Shown here: in pieces, positions 19,479-27,983 of the stretch
How positions within the stretch are numbered: position 1 is the stretch's first letter
Layout: each line of letters starts with the position of its first letter
DNA from: an uncultured Rikenella sp.
Lineage (GTDB): Bacteria; Bacteroidota; Bacteroidia; Bacteroidales; VadinHA17
Reading direction: 5' to 3'
DNA: 64,000 nt
NCBI GenBank assembly: GCA_964535795.1
Contig: CAZHTG010000005.1
Span: 13,328-77,327 of the forward strand
Translations under genes and position numbers: made by a program
Notes under the pieces: generated by a model
What the model saw: the letters and a program-made list of their open reading frames with translations, nothing else
Told to the model about the DNA's origin: nothing
The model's database searches: none

Positions 19479-20015
19479 CTATTTTGTGAGTTTATAAATC
19501 GCCTTCAGGTTACGGCCGTAACCGTCATAGTCAAGGCCATAACCGACAACAAAGCTGTTCGGGATTTCAAATCCGATGTAATCAATGGGAATATCCCTGG
19601 TATAAGCTTCCGGTTTGAAAAGCAGGGTGCATATCCTGACCTCGCTGGCTTTTCTGAGCTTCAGCTCGCCTATGATCCTTTCCATTGTGTGGCCTGTGTC
19701 TATTATATCTTCCAGCACCACCACCGTCTTGCCGGTGATATCTTCATTCCAGCCAATGAGCTCCTTGATCTTTCCGGAGCTGCTTGTACCCTCGTATGAT
19801 GCCAGCTTGATAAATGATATCTGGGCATGCAGGTTTATCTGCCTGAAAAGGTCAGCGGAAAAGAGAAAGGCGCCGTTAAGGATCCCGAAGAAGAGTACAT
19901 CTTTTCCTCTCAGGTCTTCGTTGATCTTTTCCGCCAGGGCGGTGATACGGCTCTGTATCTCATCTTCGGTGATATAGATTGAGAACTCTCGGTCAAGGAC
20001 TGTTATCTCATTCAT
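19479..20015 (-). CDS. hpt: hypoxanthine phosphoribosyltransferase
   Basis: PRPP-binding motif VVVLEDIIDTGHT, 178 aa. Confidence 0.9.
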   Translation of the reverse strand: MNEITVLDREFSIYITEDEIQSRITALAEKINEDLRGKDVLFFGILNGAFLFSADLFRQINLHAQISFIKLASYEGTSSSGKIKELIGWNEDITGKTVVVLEDIIDTGHTMERIIGELKLRKASEVRICTLLFKPEAYTRDIPIDYIGFEIPNSFVVGYGLDYDGYGRNLKAIYKLTK

Positions 20016-20056
20016 GGTGGCGGTGATTGATGCTGCTAAATTATAAATTTATAGCG

Positions 20057-20064
20057 TATTTTTG
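20057..20064 (+). promoter_or_regulatory. candidate -7 box (TAnnTTTG) for purE
   Basis: TATTTTTG, 35 nt upstream of the purE ATG. Confidence 0.4.
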
Positions 20065-20098
20065 CCCCTGACAAGGGTGTAACATTAAAAAAGAGCAT

Positions 20099-20605
20099 AT
20101 GAATCCGTCAGTTAGCATTATCATGGGCAGCACCTCCGACCTGAAGGTGATGGAGAAGGCAGCCGAGTTCCTCGACAGCATGGGGATACCTTTTGAGATC
20201 AATGCCCTCTCGGCGCACCGCACGCCTGACGAGGTTGAGAAGTTTGCGCGTGGCGCTGCCGGCAGGGGGATAAAGGTTATCATTGCCGGTGCAGGCATGG
20301 CAGCTCATCTCCCGGGGGTCATAGCGGCGATGACTCCTGTACCTGTCATTGGTGTGCCGGTAAAAGCCTCACTTGACGGCATGGATTCCCTGCTGGCCAT
20401 CGTGCAGATGCCTCCGGGGATCCCGGTAGCAACGGTGGCTATTGACGGAGCGCTCAATGCCGGCATCCTGGCAGCGCAGATGATCGCCACCGGCGACCCG
20501 GTCATCATGGAGAAGCTGATAGCCTACAAGGAGAGCCTGAAGCAGAAGATCGTGAAAGCCAACGAGGAGCTGGGGGCGGCGAAGTATCGGCACAGGACGA
20601 ATTGA
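20099..20605 (+). CDS. purE: 5-(carboxyamino)imidazole ribonucleotide mutase
   Basis: IMGSTSD, SAHRTP and [10 protein letters not shown] motifs. Confidence 0.95.
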   Translation: MNPSVSIIMGSTSDLKVMEKAAEFLDSMGIPFEINALSAHRTPDEVEKFARGAAGRGIKVIIAGAGMAAHLPGVIAAMTPVPVIGVPVKASLDGMDSLLAIVQMPPGIPVATVAIDGALNAGILAAQMIATGDPVIMEKLIAYKESLKQKIVKANEELGAAKYRHRTN

Positions 20606-20610
20606 GATTC

Positions 20611-20670
20611 AGGCAGTAGGCAATAGGCAGTAGTGGATTGATCCAAGGCAAGAGGCAGTAGGCAGTAGTG
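20611..20670. repeat. phase-locked heptamer array (AGGCAGT/AGGCAAT units)
   Basis: Read in steps of 7 from 20611: aggcagt aggcaat aggcagt agtggat tgatcca aggcaag aggcagt aggcagt agtg. It lies in the intergenic spacer between the convergent purE and HhH-barrel genes. Confidence 0.9.
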
Positions 20671-20677
20671 CTAAAAT

Positions 20678-20749
20678 TGCGCGTAGCGCATACAGTATTT
20701 TAGAATACAGCGAGTTACGAGATTTGCCCGTAGGGCATACAGTATTGTA
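20678..20749 (+). repeat. two copies of a short-hairpin plus conserved-tail motif
   Basis: 20678-20702 reads tgcgc-gta-gcgca tacagtatttta. 20725-20749 reads tgccc-gta-gggca tacagtattgta. The stem differs by a compensatory G:C to C:G swap. Confidence 0.85.
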
Positions 20750-20775
20750 TAAGGTAATAGGCGACTGTCAGATAT

Positions 20776-22743
20776 CTAAAATACCACCCTGACCTGAGCC
20801 TTCAACTCATGTTTCAACCCATAGCCGGAGCCATTGCCGGATTCTGTGAAGGCATATTTTAACCTTGCTTCCATCCTCTCCGCAGGTTTCCACGAGACCA
20901 TGACGAATGAACGGGCCATTTCGCCATAGAGCGCCGGCACACTGAATGACGAGAGCAGGTCATTCTCCCAGGCATACAGGCGACTGTCCCATCCCCCTGA
21001 GGAGCAGATTGCATACCTGAACCAGAGCCGCAGCGGAACACTTCGGAATGAGCAGGAGAAATCCTGGCAGAGCAAATACCCCTTCTCTTCCAACGGGGAG
21101 ATGAAAGAAGCAGATGCCCGTGTGGTAAGACGCAAACCTGCGGCCGGGTTACAGTTGAGGACAAACCCGGCCTGTTGCCTGGTATGTTTCATGGACAATG
21201 CAGTGCCTGTTTCAGAAGCAGCATCATATTCACGCGATGAGGAGGTAAATGACAATCTGATTGAAATATCATCACGGGGCAGGTATTCTCCCTTTATCTC
21301 AATCCTGCTGCCGTATGAGGGTGCAGAGGAGCGGTACCGGGGCCAGGGTATCCGGTAATGATCAGCCGCTGCCGTGACGAACAGATGCCTGGCTGCCTCA
21401 AGGTGTAGTGATGCTGCTATGCCTGTCTCGTTACCCGACCCTGATCCGGCCATGAAGGCTCCCGAATGAAAGGCATGGTAATCAGGAGAGAAATGGCGGG
21501 CAAGGATATTGAATGTAACCCTCCCCGATGGCTTTGCCCTGAGACCTGCCGTTGCTGCCCATGACCCTGGAAGACTCACTCCGGCTTCCCCAAAGAGGAG
21601 AAGCGGTCCGCTACCCGCCCTGAAGTCTGCGGCCAGATTCAGCAGACGGCTGCCGTCAAAGGCATGGATCTCCTCCGGCCTGTTTCTGTCAGGACGGAAA
21701 GGCAGTGAAAACCATGTTGCTGTTCCAGTGACCCCTCCCCTGATCTTTCCGGCCCCCGCGGTAAGATGAATACCGGTAGCGGTTTCGGTCAGGCTGTTGC
21801 GCACCACGAGCTGAGATTCACTGACATGAAGACCGCCCCTGACAAGATTGCTCACCCCGGTGGCACTGCTGTCTTCATCGAAGAGTAACCGTGCATCAAT
21901 TTTGTTTGATGTAGCAAAGAGGACTGCTCCGCCATTTATGTTACCCAGCACCAGGCTTACGCCGCGGAAGAAATTGTTTTCTTCCGTGGATGTATATGGT
22001 GCTGCGGCGCTTCTCCCTGACATGAACGAGGGCGAGCTGAGCCATGAACCCATCCACCGGCTGCTGTTGAAAACCAGTCCCTCCCCCATCCGCACGGCAT
22101 AGTCACCAATTATAACCCTGTCGATCAGCCTCTTACCTTGAAATTCAAGGTATCCCGATAGAAAATCCGGCCCGGGAGCATTTCTGAATGTGAATGGTTC
22201 TCCCGGATCATTTTCCGCAGTCAGACCGAGGTTGATACGGCCCCGCTCATGTTTCATCTTCAATAATGACCGTACACCTTCCGGTTCGCTTTCACCGGAG
22301 ATGAAACGGGTTGAGGCGGTCAGTGTCACCATGGTCCGGCCATAGGTTCTGCCGCCAGCCTCCTGTGCCGGCTGAAGAGATATGAACGGGGCCATCAGCA
22401 TCACCGTGTTACGGTCAAAGGCAGGCAGCAGGGCCAGCTCATACAGTGTCACCACATTCCCGTTCTTTCTGATATGATCGGCCAGCACCATCACCTGGAA
22501 CTCCGTCAGGAAAAAGAGCCTTGATATTTCCTGCACATCACCGCTGTTAATATTAACGGGAGACTCCTTCAGGTCAGTCAGTTCCTCCAGGATTGCGGCC
22601 GGATCAGTGTCATCCGACAGAGCCAGTATCTCCTCAACAGACTCCCTGAAAGCCCCGTTTTCCTCCTGGCATAAAGCGGGATTGAGAAGGAGCACCGTGA
22701 TCATAAGCACAACGGTGGTCCTTTGGATTATCTTATTGTCCAT
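20776..22743 (-). CDS. outer-membrane beta-barrel protein with an N-terminal ComEA-like helix-hairpin-helix domain
   Basis: A signal peptide is followed by VNINSGDVQEISRLFFLTEFQVMVLADHIRKNGNVVTLYELALLPAFDRNTVMLMAPFISL, which follows the ComEA HhH pattern (NIN...R.NG...L...). About 500 aa of alternating beta-strand-like sequence then end in a terminal Phe (VRVVF). Confidence 0.65.
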   Translation of the reverse strand: MDNKIIQRTTVVLMITVLLLNPALCQEENGAFRESVEEILALSDDTDPAAILEELTDLKESPVNINSGDVQEISRLFFLTEFQVMVLADHIRKNGNVVTLYELALLPAFDRNTVMLMAPFISLQPAQEAGGRTYGRTMVTLTASTRFISGESEPEGVRSLLKMKHERGRINLGLTAENDPGEPFTFRNAPGPDFLSGYLEFQGKRLIDRVIIGDYAVRMGEGLVFNSSRWMGSWLSSPSFMSGRSAAAPYTSTEENNFFRGVSLVLGNINGGAVLFATSNKIDARLLFDEDSSATGVSNLVRGGLHVSESQLVVRNSLTETATGIHLTAGAGKIRGGVTGTATWFSLPFRPDRNRPEEIHAFDGSRLLNLAADFRAGSGPLLLFGEAGVSLPGSWAATAGLRAKPSGRVTFNILARHFSPDYHAFHSGAFMAGSGSGNETGIAASLHLEAARHLFVTAAADHYRIPWPRYRSSAPSYGSRIEIKGEYLPRDDISIRLSFTSSSREYDAASETGTALSMKHTRQQAGFVLNCNPAAGLRLTTRASASFISPLEEKGYLLCQDFSCSFRSVPLRLWFRYAICSSGGWDSRLYAWENDLLSSFSVPALYGEMARSFVMVSWKPAERMEARLKYAFTESGNGSGYGLKHELKAQVRVVF

Positions 22744-23534
22744 ATAATTGAGACCGACGATGTCATACCTGTCATGCTGTTCATAAGGAATCCCGCATCC
22801 GCCTGCAGCAAACCTGTACGGAACCCTATGCCGAATGCAAAGGCTGACGGTGAGCTCATGTACCCTGCCCTCAGCATCAGCCTGTCAAAAACATTCCAGC
22901 TCAGGCCGCACTGAACCGAGAGCGGTTCATCACTCACCTTCGAGCTGCCTGCGGCGAGCAGGAGGTCGTCGGTCTGACTCCACTGCAGGGCTGCCTCTAT
23001 GGAGGAAGGCAGTGAGTTGAGCGGTGAAAGGGGATTGAAAAGATGCAGTCCCAGGGTCAGTGATGATGAGAGAAGACAGGTCATCCCCGTTTCGAATGTC
23101 ACATGAGACACGTCACGGTACTCGCCGATTCCATGCTCTGCGATATAATCAACCTGAACACCCAGGGCTATCACGTCAGTGATCTTCACGGCGCTGCCCA
23201 GTCCTGTGAAGATCCGGTAGTAGTCGGTGTTGCCGTAATGAGTGGCGACAACACCAATTGGAGCCGGTTTGATTGCTATTACAGCACTGACTGCCTTTGA
23301 TGACACGGCAGGCATCATGAAGCGGTTTTCAAGGGCAGCGGAGAAGCTCGTTGCCGGGACGGCAGTCAGCAGGGCCTGGTTATTGAAGCAGTTCCAGTGG
23401 CCGGGGGTGGCCGTAACTGCGAAGGCCATTCCCATGGCGTCAGCACCGTGGGGCACAAACAAAGGCTCACCGGCATTCAGACCGGCAGCAGCCATAAATA
23501 ACGACACTAATACCGCATTCCACCGCAGCATCAT
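22728..23534 (-). CDS. outer-membrane beta-barrel protein, PorQ/PorV-like fold (hypothetical)
   Basis: A signal peptide (MMLRWNAVLVSLFMAAAGLNA) is followed by GADAMGMAFAVTA...NNQALL, which resembles the N-terminal signature of the PorV/PorQ/FadL-like families. It overlaps the next gene by 16 nt. The start could be 23534, 23531 or 23546. Confidence 0.45.
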   Translation of the reverse strand: MMLRWNAVLVSLFMAAAGLNAGEPLFVPHGADAMGMAFAVTATPGHWNCFNNQALLTAVPATSFSAALENRFMMPAVSSKAVSAVIAIKPAPIGVVATHYGNTDYYRIFTGLGSAVKITDVIALGVQVDYIAEHGIGEYRDVSHVTFETGMTCLLSSSLTLGLHLFNPLSPLNSLPSSIEAALQWSQTDDLLLAAGSSKVSDEPLSVQCGLSWNVFDRLMLRAGYMSSPSAFAFGIGFRTGLLQADAGFLMNSMTGMTSSVSIIWTIR

Positions 23535-23555
23535 AATGAGACACAATTACTATCT

Positions 23556-23563
23556 CAAATTTA
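23556..23563 (-). promoter_or_regulatory. candidate -7 box (TAnnTTTG) for the two outer-membrane genes
   Basis: The minus strand reads TAAATTTG, about 22 nt upstream of the 23534 ATG and downstream of the repeat hairpin. Confidence 0.4.
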
Positions 23564-23602
23564 TGACAGGAAGTGGAGAAAGTCAAGTTTTTTAAAGAAA
23601 AA

Positions 23603-23695
23603 GGCAATAGGCAGCAGGCAGTAGGCAGTAGTGATTCCAGGAATACAATGATTACCAGACTATTGCCTATTGCCTATTGCCTACTGCCTTACTAC
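23603..23695. repeat. inverted heptamer arrays forming a long hairpin (terminator-like) at the recJ stop
   Basis: The left arm is ggcaata ggcagca ggcagta ggcagta (23603-23630). The right arm is ctattgc ctattgc ctattgc ctactgc (23660-23687). The arms are complementary apart from one A/G position per unit. On the recJ (minus) strand the stem is followed by CCTTTTTCTTT. The right arm abuts the recJ stop codon (23692-23694). Confidence 0.85.
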
Positions 23696-25398
23696 ACCTT
23701 GATATCCTTAATATTGAGCTGCACAGTCTTCTGGCCCCGGAAGTCATTCATTTCCACGGAGTAGGCGATGTCGACCACGCCACCGTTATCCCTGAACAGC
23801 TCAGTCATGTCAGACTGTCCAAAGGCAATGGCACCTATCGGTTCGGCATTATGCCGTGCAAAGCTCAGTTTGAGGTGCATCCCGTTGTTGCCTACGGGCT
23901 GGCAGACGAGTGTCTTGACCTTGCGGGAGACAAACACCGGTGCCATATTTTCCGGGCCGAAGGGCTGGAAACGTTCCAGATTCCTGTAGAGCTCAAGGGT
24001 CACATCCTCAAGAGGTATCTCCTCGTCGATGTTTATTGACGGTACGAGGTGTTCGTCCCTGATGGTCTCGCCTACAAACTTCTCAAACCGTTCACGGAAC
24101 TCCTTCAGGTTTTCCTGCTTCAGTGTCAGCCCGGCGGCGAACATATGGCCTCCGAAGCTCTCAAGGAGGTCGGAGCATGATTCTATTGCCTGGTAAAGAT
24201 CATATCCCGGTACACTGCGGGCCGAGCCTGTGGCAAATCCGTCCTTTGATTCGGTAAGTATTACCGTTGGCCGGTAGTAGGTCTCGATCAGTCGTGATGC
24301 CACAATGCCTATCACACCCTTGTGCCATCCCTGCCGGAAGAGCACCGTAGTCCGGGAGTTACCCATCCTGTTATCCTCGCTCACCATCCGTCGGGCTTCC
24401 GATGTAATCTCGCTGTCCTTCTTCCTGCGGTCGTCGTTGCTGCGGTCAATGGCATCGCAGATGGTCAGTGCCTCATTCGGGTTCTGGGAGACAAGCAGCT
24501 CCACTGCCTTGCTGCCCGACTCCATTCTCCCTGCCGCGTTTATGCGCGGACCTATCCGGAACACGACATCCTCGATGGCAAGAGGCATCCTGATCCTGGC
24601 CTTCTCAATGATCTTCTGAAAGCCCAGCCTGGGCGATTCATTAATCTGCTGCAGGCCAAAATAAGCCAGTATCCTGTTCTCGCCGGTCATCGGTACAATG
24701 TCAGATCCGATGCTGACTGCCACCAGGTCAAGGTAGGGGATAATCTTTTCAAAGGGTATGTTTTGTACCCGGCATATGGCCTGCATCAGTTTGAAGCCCA
24801 CCCCGCATCCGGAGAGCTCCTTGTAAGGGTAGCTGCATCCCGGCTGTTTAGGATCAAGCACTGCCGTGGCATCAGGTATCTCGTCGCCCGGGAGATGGTG
24901 ATCACAGATGATGATGTCAATCCCTTTCGAGCGGGCATACTTCACCCTGTCGACCGCCTTGATGCCACAGTCGAGCGCGATGATCAGGCGGCAGTTCCTG
25001 TCAGCAGCATAGTCGATGCCCTTGAGGGAGAGCCCGTAACCCTCGTGGTATCTGTCGGGGATATAATAATCAAGGCTGGAATGTCTTTCGCGCAGGAAGG
25101 CATACATCAGCGCAACGGATGTCGTTCCGTCAACATCATAGTCGCCGTATACAAGGATCTTCTCGTTGCGTGATATTGCCGTACTGATACGGTCCACCGC
25201 CCGGTTCATGTCCTTCATCAGGAAGGGGTCATGGAGCGAGCTGAGTGAAGGGTTGAAAAATTCCTCAGCCTGTTTTGTTGTTGTGATGCCGCGCTGTACC
25301 ATCAGGTTGGCTACAGCGGCAGGCACCGCCATCTCTGTCGCCAGGGTCGTGGCGACACGCTCGTCGCCCCTCTCTTTCAAGAGCCACCTTTTTTCCAT
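23692..25398 (-). CDS. recJ: single-stranded-DNA-specific exonuclease RecJ
   Basis: DHH-family motifs (VYGDYDVDGTTS, ICDHHLP) and a DHHA1 region (GGHMFAAG), 568 aa. Confidence 0.95.
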   Translation of the reverse strand: MEKRWLLKERGDERVATTLATEMAVPAAVANLMVQRGITTTKQAEEFFNPSLSSLHDPFLMKDMNRAVDRISTAISRNEKILVYGDYDVDGTTSVALMYAFLRERHSSLDYYIPDRYHEGYGLSLKGIDYAADRNCRLIIALDCGIKAVDRVKYARSKGIDIIICDHHLPGDEIPDATAVLDPKQPGCSYPYKELSGCGVGFKLMQAICRVQNIPFEKIIPYLDLVAVSIGSDIVPMTGENRILAYFGLQQINESPRLGFQKIIEKARIRMPLAIEDVVFRIGPRINAAGRMESGSKAVELLVSQNPNEALTICDAIDRSNDDRRKKDSEITSEARRMVSEDNRMGNSRTTVLFRQGWHKGVIGIVASRLIETYYRPTVILTESKDGFATGSARSVPGYDLYQAIESCSDLLESFGGHMFAAGLTLKQENLKEFRERFEKFVGETIRDEHLVPSINIDEEIPLEDVTLELYRNLERFQPFGPENMAPVFVSRKVKTLVCQPVGNNGMHLKLSFARHNAEPIGAIAFGQSDMTELFRDNGGVVDIAYSVEMNDFRGQKTVQLNIKDIKV

Positions 25399-25409
25399 TA
25401 TATGTTATT

Positions 25410-27050
25410 TTAATAATAATCATATCCGAAGACCTCCCTCATTGTGTTACGCAGATCAATCTTCACAACATCCATATCAACCTTTTTTCCCGTCTCCTTC
25501 TCTATGCTTGTCACGCCCTTGTCAGTATAGCCGCAAGGGTTGATATGGTTAAAATATGAGAGGTCAGTGCTGACGTTTAGGGCAAAGCCGTGCATAGTCA
25601 CGTGTCTGGATGCCCTTACCCCTATCGCACAAATTTTTCTTACCCGGGTACTGCTCTCCGGGTCTATCCAGACCCCCGTGGCACCCTTCAGGCGTCCTCC
25701 CTCGATACCGGAACGGGAGATACACCTGATAATTGCTTCTTCAAGCAGATGTATATAATCACGCAGGCCAATCTTCATCCCTTCAAGGTCGAAGATCGGG
25801 TATCCCACCAGCTGGCCCGGGCCGTGGTAGGTTATGTCACCTCCCCGGTCTATCCGGTAGAAAGCGGCATCGCGGGCCTGAAGCTGAATATAGTCGAGCA
25901 GAAGGTTCAGGTCTGATCCGCTCTTTCCCAATGTATAAACATGGTTATGCTCCACAAAGATGAGCCGGTCAGCTGTTTTGTTCCCGACCGGTGAACCGTT
26001 CCCTTTTTCCGCCACCTTGGCATTAAAGAACAGCTCCTGGTAGTCCCATGTCTCCTTATAGTCCTTGCGGCCGAGATCGTCAAATAAGACCCTCCGGGTT
26101 GGCTCGGGGCGCAGAACAGAAGTGATGGTAACTGTGGCAGGTGATGCTGAATTTTTCTCCCCGGCCGGGGCTCCCGGTTCGGCTCTCTCTTCTCCGTTCC
26201 CTGACATGATGTGTTTCTCAGCATGGAATGAGCTCCTCACCAGGGGTGAGCTCTCCACGAACTCAAATCCCATATCCAGTCCTCTCTGACGGTACTCCTC
26301 GAATTTTTCCGGGGTAACATATTCAACAACTGGAATATGTGCCAGTGTTGGAGCCAGATACTGCCCTATCGTCACGATTCTGCAACCGGTTGAATAAAGG
26401 TCGTTCAGTGCCTCCAGGATCTCCTCCTCCCCCTCTCCCAGACCCAGCATCAAGCCTGATTTGGTGCGGCATCCCCTTGAAGCCAGATGTCTGAGCACCG
26501 CAAGGCTCACCTCGTACTTCGCCACTGATCTGATCTGCGGTGTCAGCCTGCGTACTGTCTCGATATTATGTGAGATGACATCGGGGCCGGCGTCAATTAC
26601 CATGTCAATATCAGCCGTATTGCCTCTGAAGTCCGGTATGAGGGTTTCTATTGTCACTCCCGGGTTAACCTCCCTGATTTTTCTTATTGTGTCTGCCCAG
26701 TGGGCTGCGCCGCCGTCAGGCAGGTCATCGCGATCAACCGAGGTGATGACGCAGTGCCGGAGCCGCATCGTCTTTACTGCATCGGCAACGCGTGCAGGTT
26801 CATCGCTGTCGGGCGGCTCAGGCTTGCCGCTGCGCGTTCCGCAGAACTTGCATGAGCGGGTGCAGATGTCTCCGAGGATCATCAGTGTTGCAGTGCCGGC
26901 ATTCCAGCACTCGCCAATGTTCGGACAGTTTCCGGAGGTGCAGATGGTATGCAGCCGGTTATCCTCCACAAGACGCTTGACCATGGTGTAACTCTCCCCG
27001 CTTGCCCTCTCCATCCTGAGCCATGATGGCAGTCTCTTCTTGCCTGACAT
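25410..27050 (-). CDS. lipA-lipB: fused lipoyl synthase (N-terminal) and octanoyltransferase (C-terminal)
   Basis: aa 1-281 carry the LipA motifs CPNIGECW and CTRSCKFC (radical SAM) and end with SSPLVRSSFHAEKH. aa 282-318 form a low-complexity linker (nt 26097-26207). aa 319-546 carry the LipB motifs RIDRGGDITYHGPGQLVGYP and KICAIGVRASRHVTMHGFALNV. No stop codon separates the two halves. Confidence 0.85.
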   Translation of the reverse strand: MSGKKRLPSWLRMERASGESYTMVKRLVEDNRLHTICTSGNCPNIGECWNAGTATLMILGDICTRSCKFCGTRSGKPEPPDSDEPARVADAVKTMRLRHCVITSVDRDDLPDGGAAHWADTIRKIREVNPGVTIETLIPDFRGNTADIDMVIDAGPDVISHNIETVRRLTPQIRSVAKYEVSLAVLRHLASRGCRTKSGLMLGLGEGEEEILEALNDLYSTGCRIVTIGQYLAPTLAHIPVVEYVTPEKFEEYRQRGLDMGFEFVESSPLVRSSFHAEKHIMSGNGEERAEPGAPAGEKNSASPATVTITSVLRPEPTRRVLFDDLGRKDYKETWDYQELFFNAKVAEKGNGSPVGNKTADRLIFVEHNHVYTLGKSGSDLNLLLDYIQLQARDAAFYRIDRGGDITYHGPGQLVGYPIFDLEGMKIGLRDYIHLLEEAIIRCISRSGIEGGRLKGATGVWIDPESSTRVRKICAIGVRASRHVTMHGFALNVSTDLSYFNHINPCGYTDKGVTSIEKETGKKVDMDVVKIDLRNTMREVFGYDYY

Positions 27051-27082
27051 ACCCGTTAATTTCCCTGAATTGGATTAATATG

Positions 27083-27090
27083 CAAAGGTA
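27083..27090 (-). promoter_or_regulatory. candidate -7 box (TAnnTTTG) for lipA-lipB
   Basis: The minus strand reads TACCTTTG, 33 nt upstream of the ATG. Confidence 0.4.
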
Positions 27091-27145
27091 CAAATAAAAG
27101 GTAATGTTCAGGGTAGATATTTACTTCCTCAAATCAATGAAATTG

Positions 27146-27153
27146 TATCTTTG
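27146..27153 (+). promoter_or_regulatory. candidate -7 box (TAnnTTTG) for the aldolase gene
   Basis: TATCTTTG, 25 nt upstream of the ATG at 27178. Confidence 0.4.
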
Positions 27154-27177
27154 AAGAATATATTTTGAAGCCACCGG

Positions 27178-27978
27178 ATGGGAAAAGAGCATGATACATT
27201 CTTAGCGGATGCAACAATAGAAATTGCCTCTGTTGCCGGATGGCTTTGGCAAAGAGGCTGGGCTGAAAGAAACGCAGGGAATATATCAGTGCGATTGGAT
27301 GAGGAAGGCCTGAAGCAAATTGTATTGACAGCTGATTATCAATTACTTCCGTTTCAAAAACCTTTCCCCGCCCTGCGTCGTCAGCTCTTCCTGGTGACAG
27401 GCACCAATACCCGGATGCGTGACGTGGCGGCAGCACCCCTTGATAATATCCTCCTGATACGGGTTAATGACGACGGCACAGGATACCATATAATTTCACC
27501 GTCAGAAGTTTCTCCATTGAGGCCCACAAGTGAGCTTTCGTCTCATCTTTGCATCCACGATATGTTGCTTCGCAAAAGACCTGCCCACAGGGTGGTGATG
27601 CATACCCACGTAACGGAACTGATTGCACTGACACATATAAAGGATCTCTGCGACAGCCTGAAGCTAAACAGGGTACTGCTTGGCATGCATCCCGAAGCCC
27701 GGGTCTTCGTGCCTGCAGGTGCGGGGTTCGTACCATACCTTCTGCCAGGCACAGCCACAATCGGGGAAGCAACCGTAAAGGCACTTGAAGATCACGACGT
27801 GGCCATATGGGAGAAGCATGGAGTCTTTGCCACCGGCAGTACTCCGCAGGAAACCTTTGACATTATTGACCTCCTTGCAAAATCGGCTTCAGTATGGTTT
27901 CTGTGCCGTTCGGCAGGATATGACCCGGAGGGCCTTACAGAGAGCCAGCTGGAAGAACTGGCCAAACTTAAATTCTGA
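27178..27978 (+). CDS. class II aldolase, rhamnulose-1-phosphate aldolase (RhaD) family
   Basis: It is collinear with the RhaD pattern: GWAERNAGNISVRL, LVTGTNTRMRDV, GTGYHI, PTSELSSHL, VVMHTHVTELIAL, WEKHGVF. Confidence 0.75.
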   Translation: MGKEHDTFLADATIEIASVAGWLWQRGWAERNAGNISVRLDEEGLKQIVLTADYQLLPFQKPFPALRRQLFLVTGTNTRMRDVAAAPLDNILLIRVNDDGTGYHIISPSEVSPLRPTSELSSHLCIHDMLLRKRPAHRVVMHTHVTELIALTHIKDLCDSLKLNRVLLGMHPEARVFVPAGAGFVPYLLPGTATIGEATVKALEDHDVAIWEKHGVFATGSTPQETFDIIDLLAKSASVWFLCRSAGYDPEGLTESQLEELAKLKF

Positions 27979-27983
27979 TATAG

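Noticed and set aside
20611-20670. Possible CRISPR array, prompted by the regularly repeated short units here and at 23603, 28851, 32561 and 35076.
   Set aside because: The units are only 7 nt and directly abut one another, with no 25-40 nt spacers. The repeats are far shorter than any CRISPR repeat, and no cas genes are present in the window.
23573-23764. Small ORFs spanning repeat elements: 23573-23764 (+, 63 aa), 35053-35247 (+, 64 aa) and 28668-28871 (-, 67 aa).
   Set aside because: They are read through heptamer arrays and into neighbouring genes on the wrong strand or frame. Their sequences reflect the repeat units (for example QAVGSS, LLPIAYCLLP) rather than protein-like composition.
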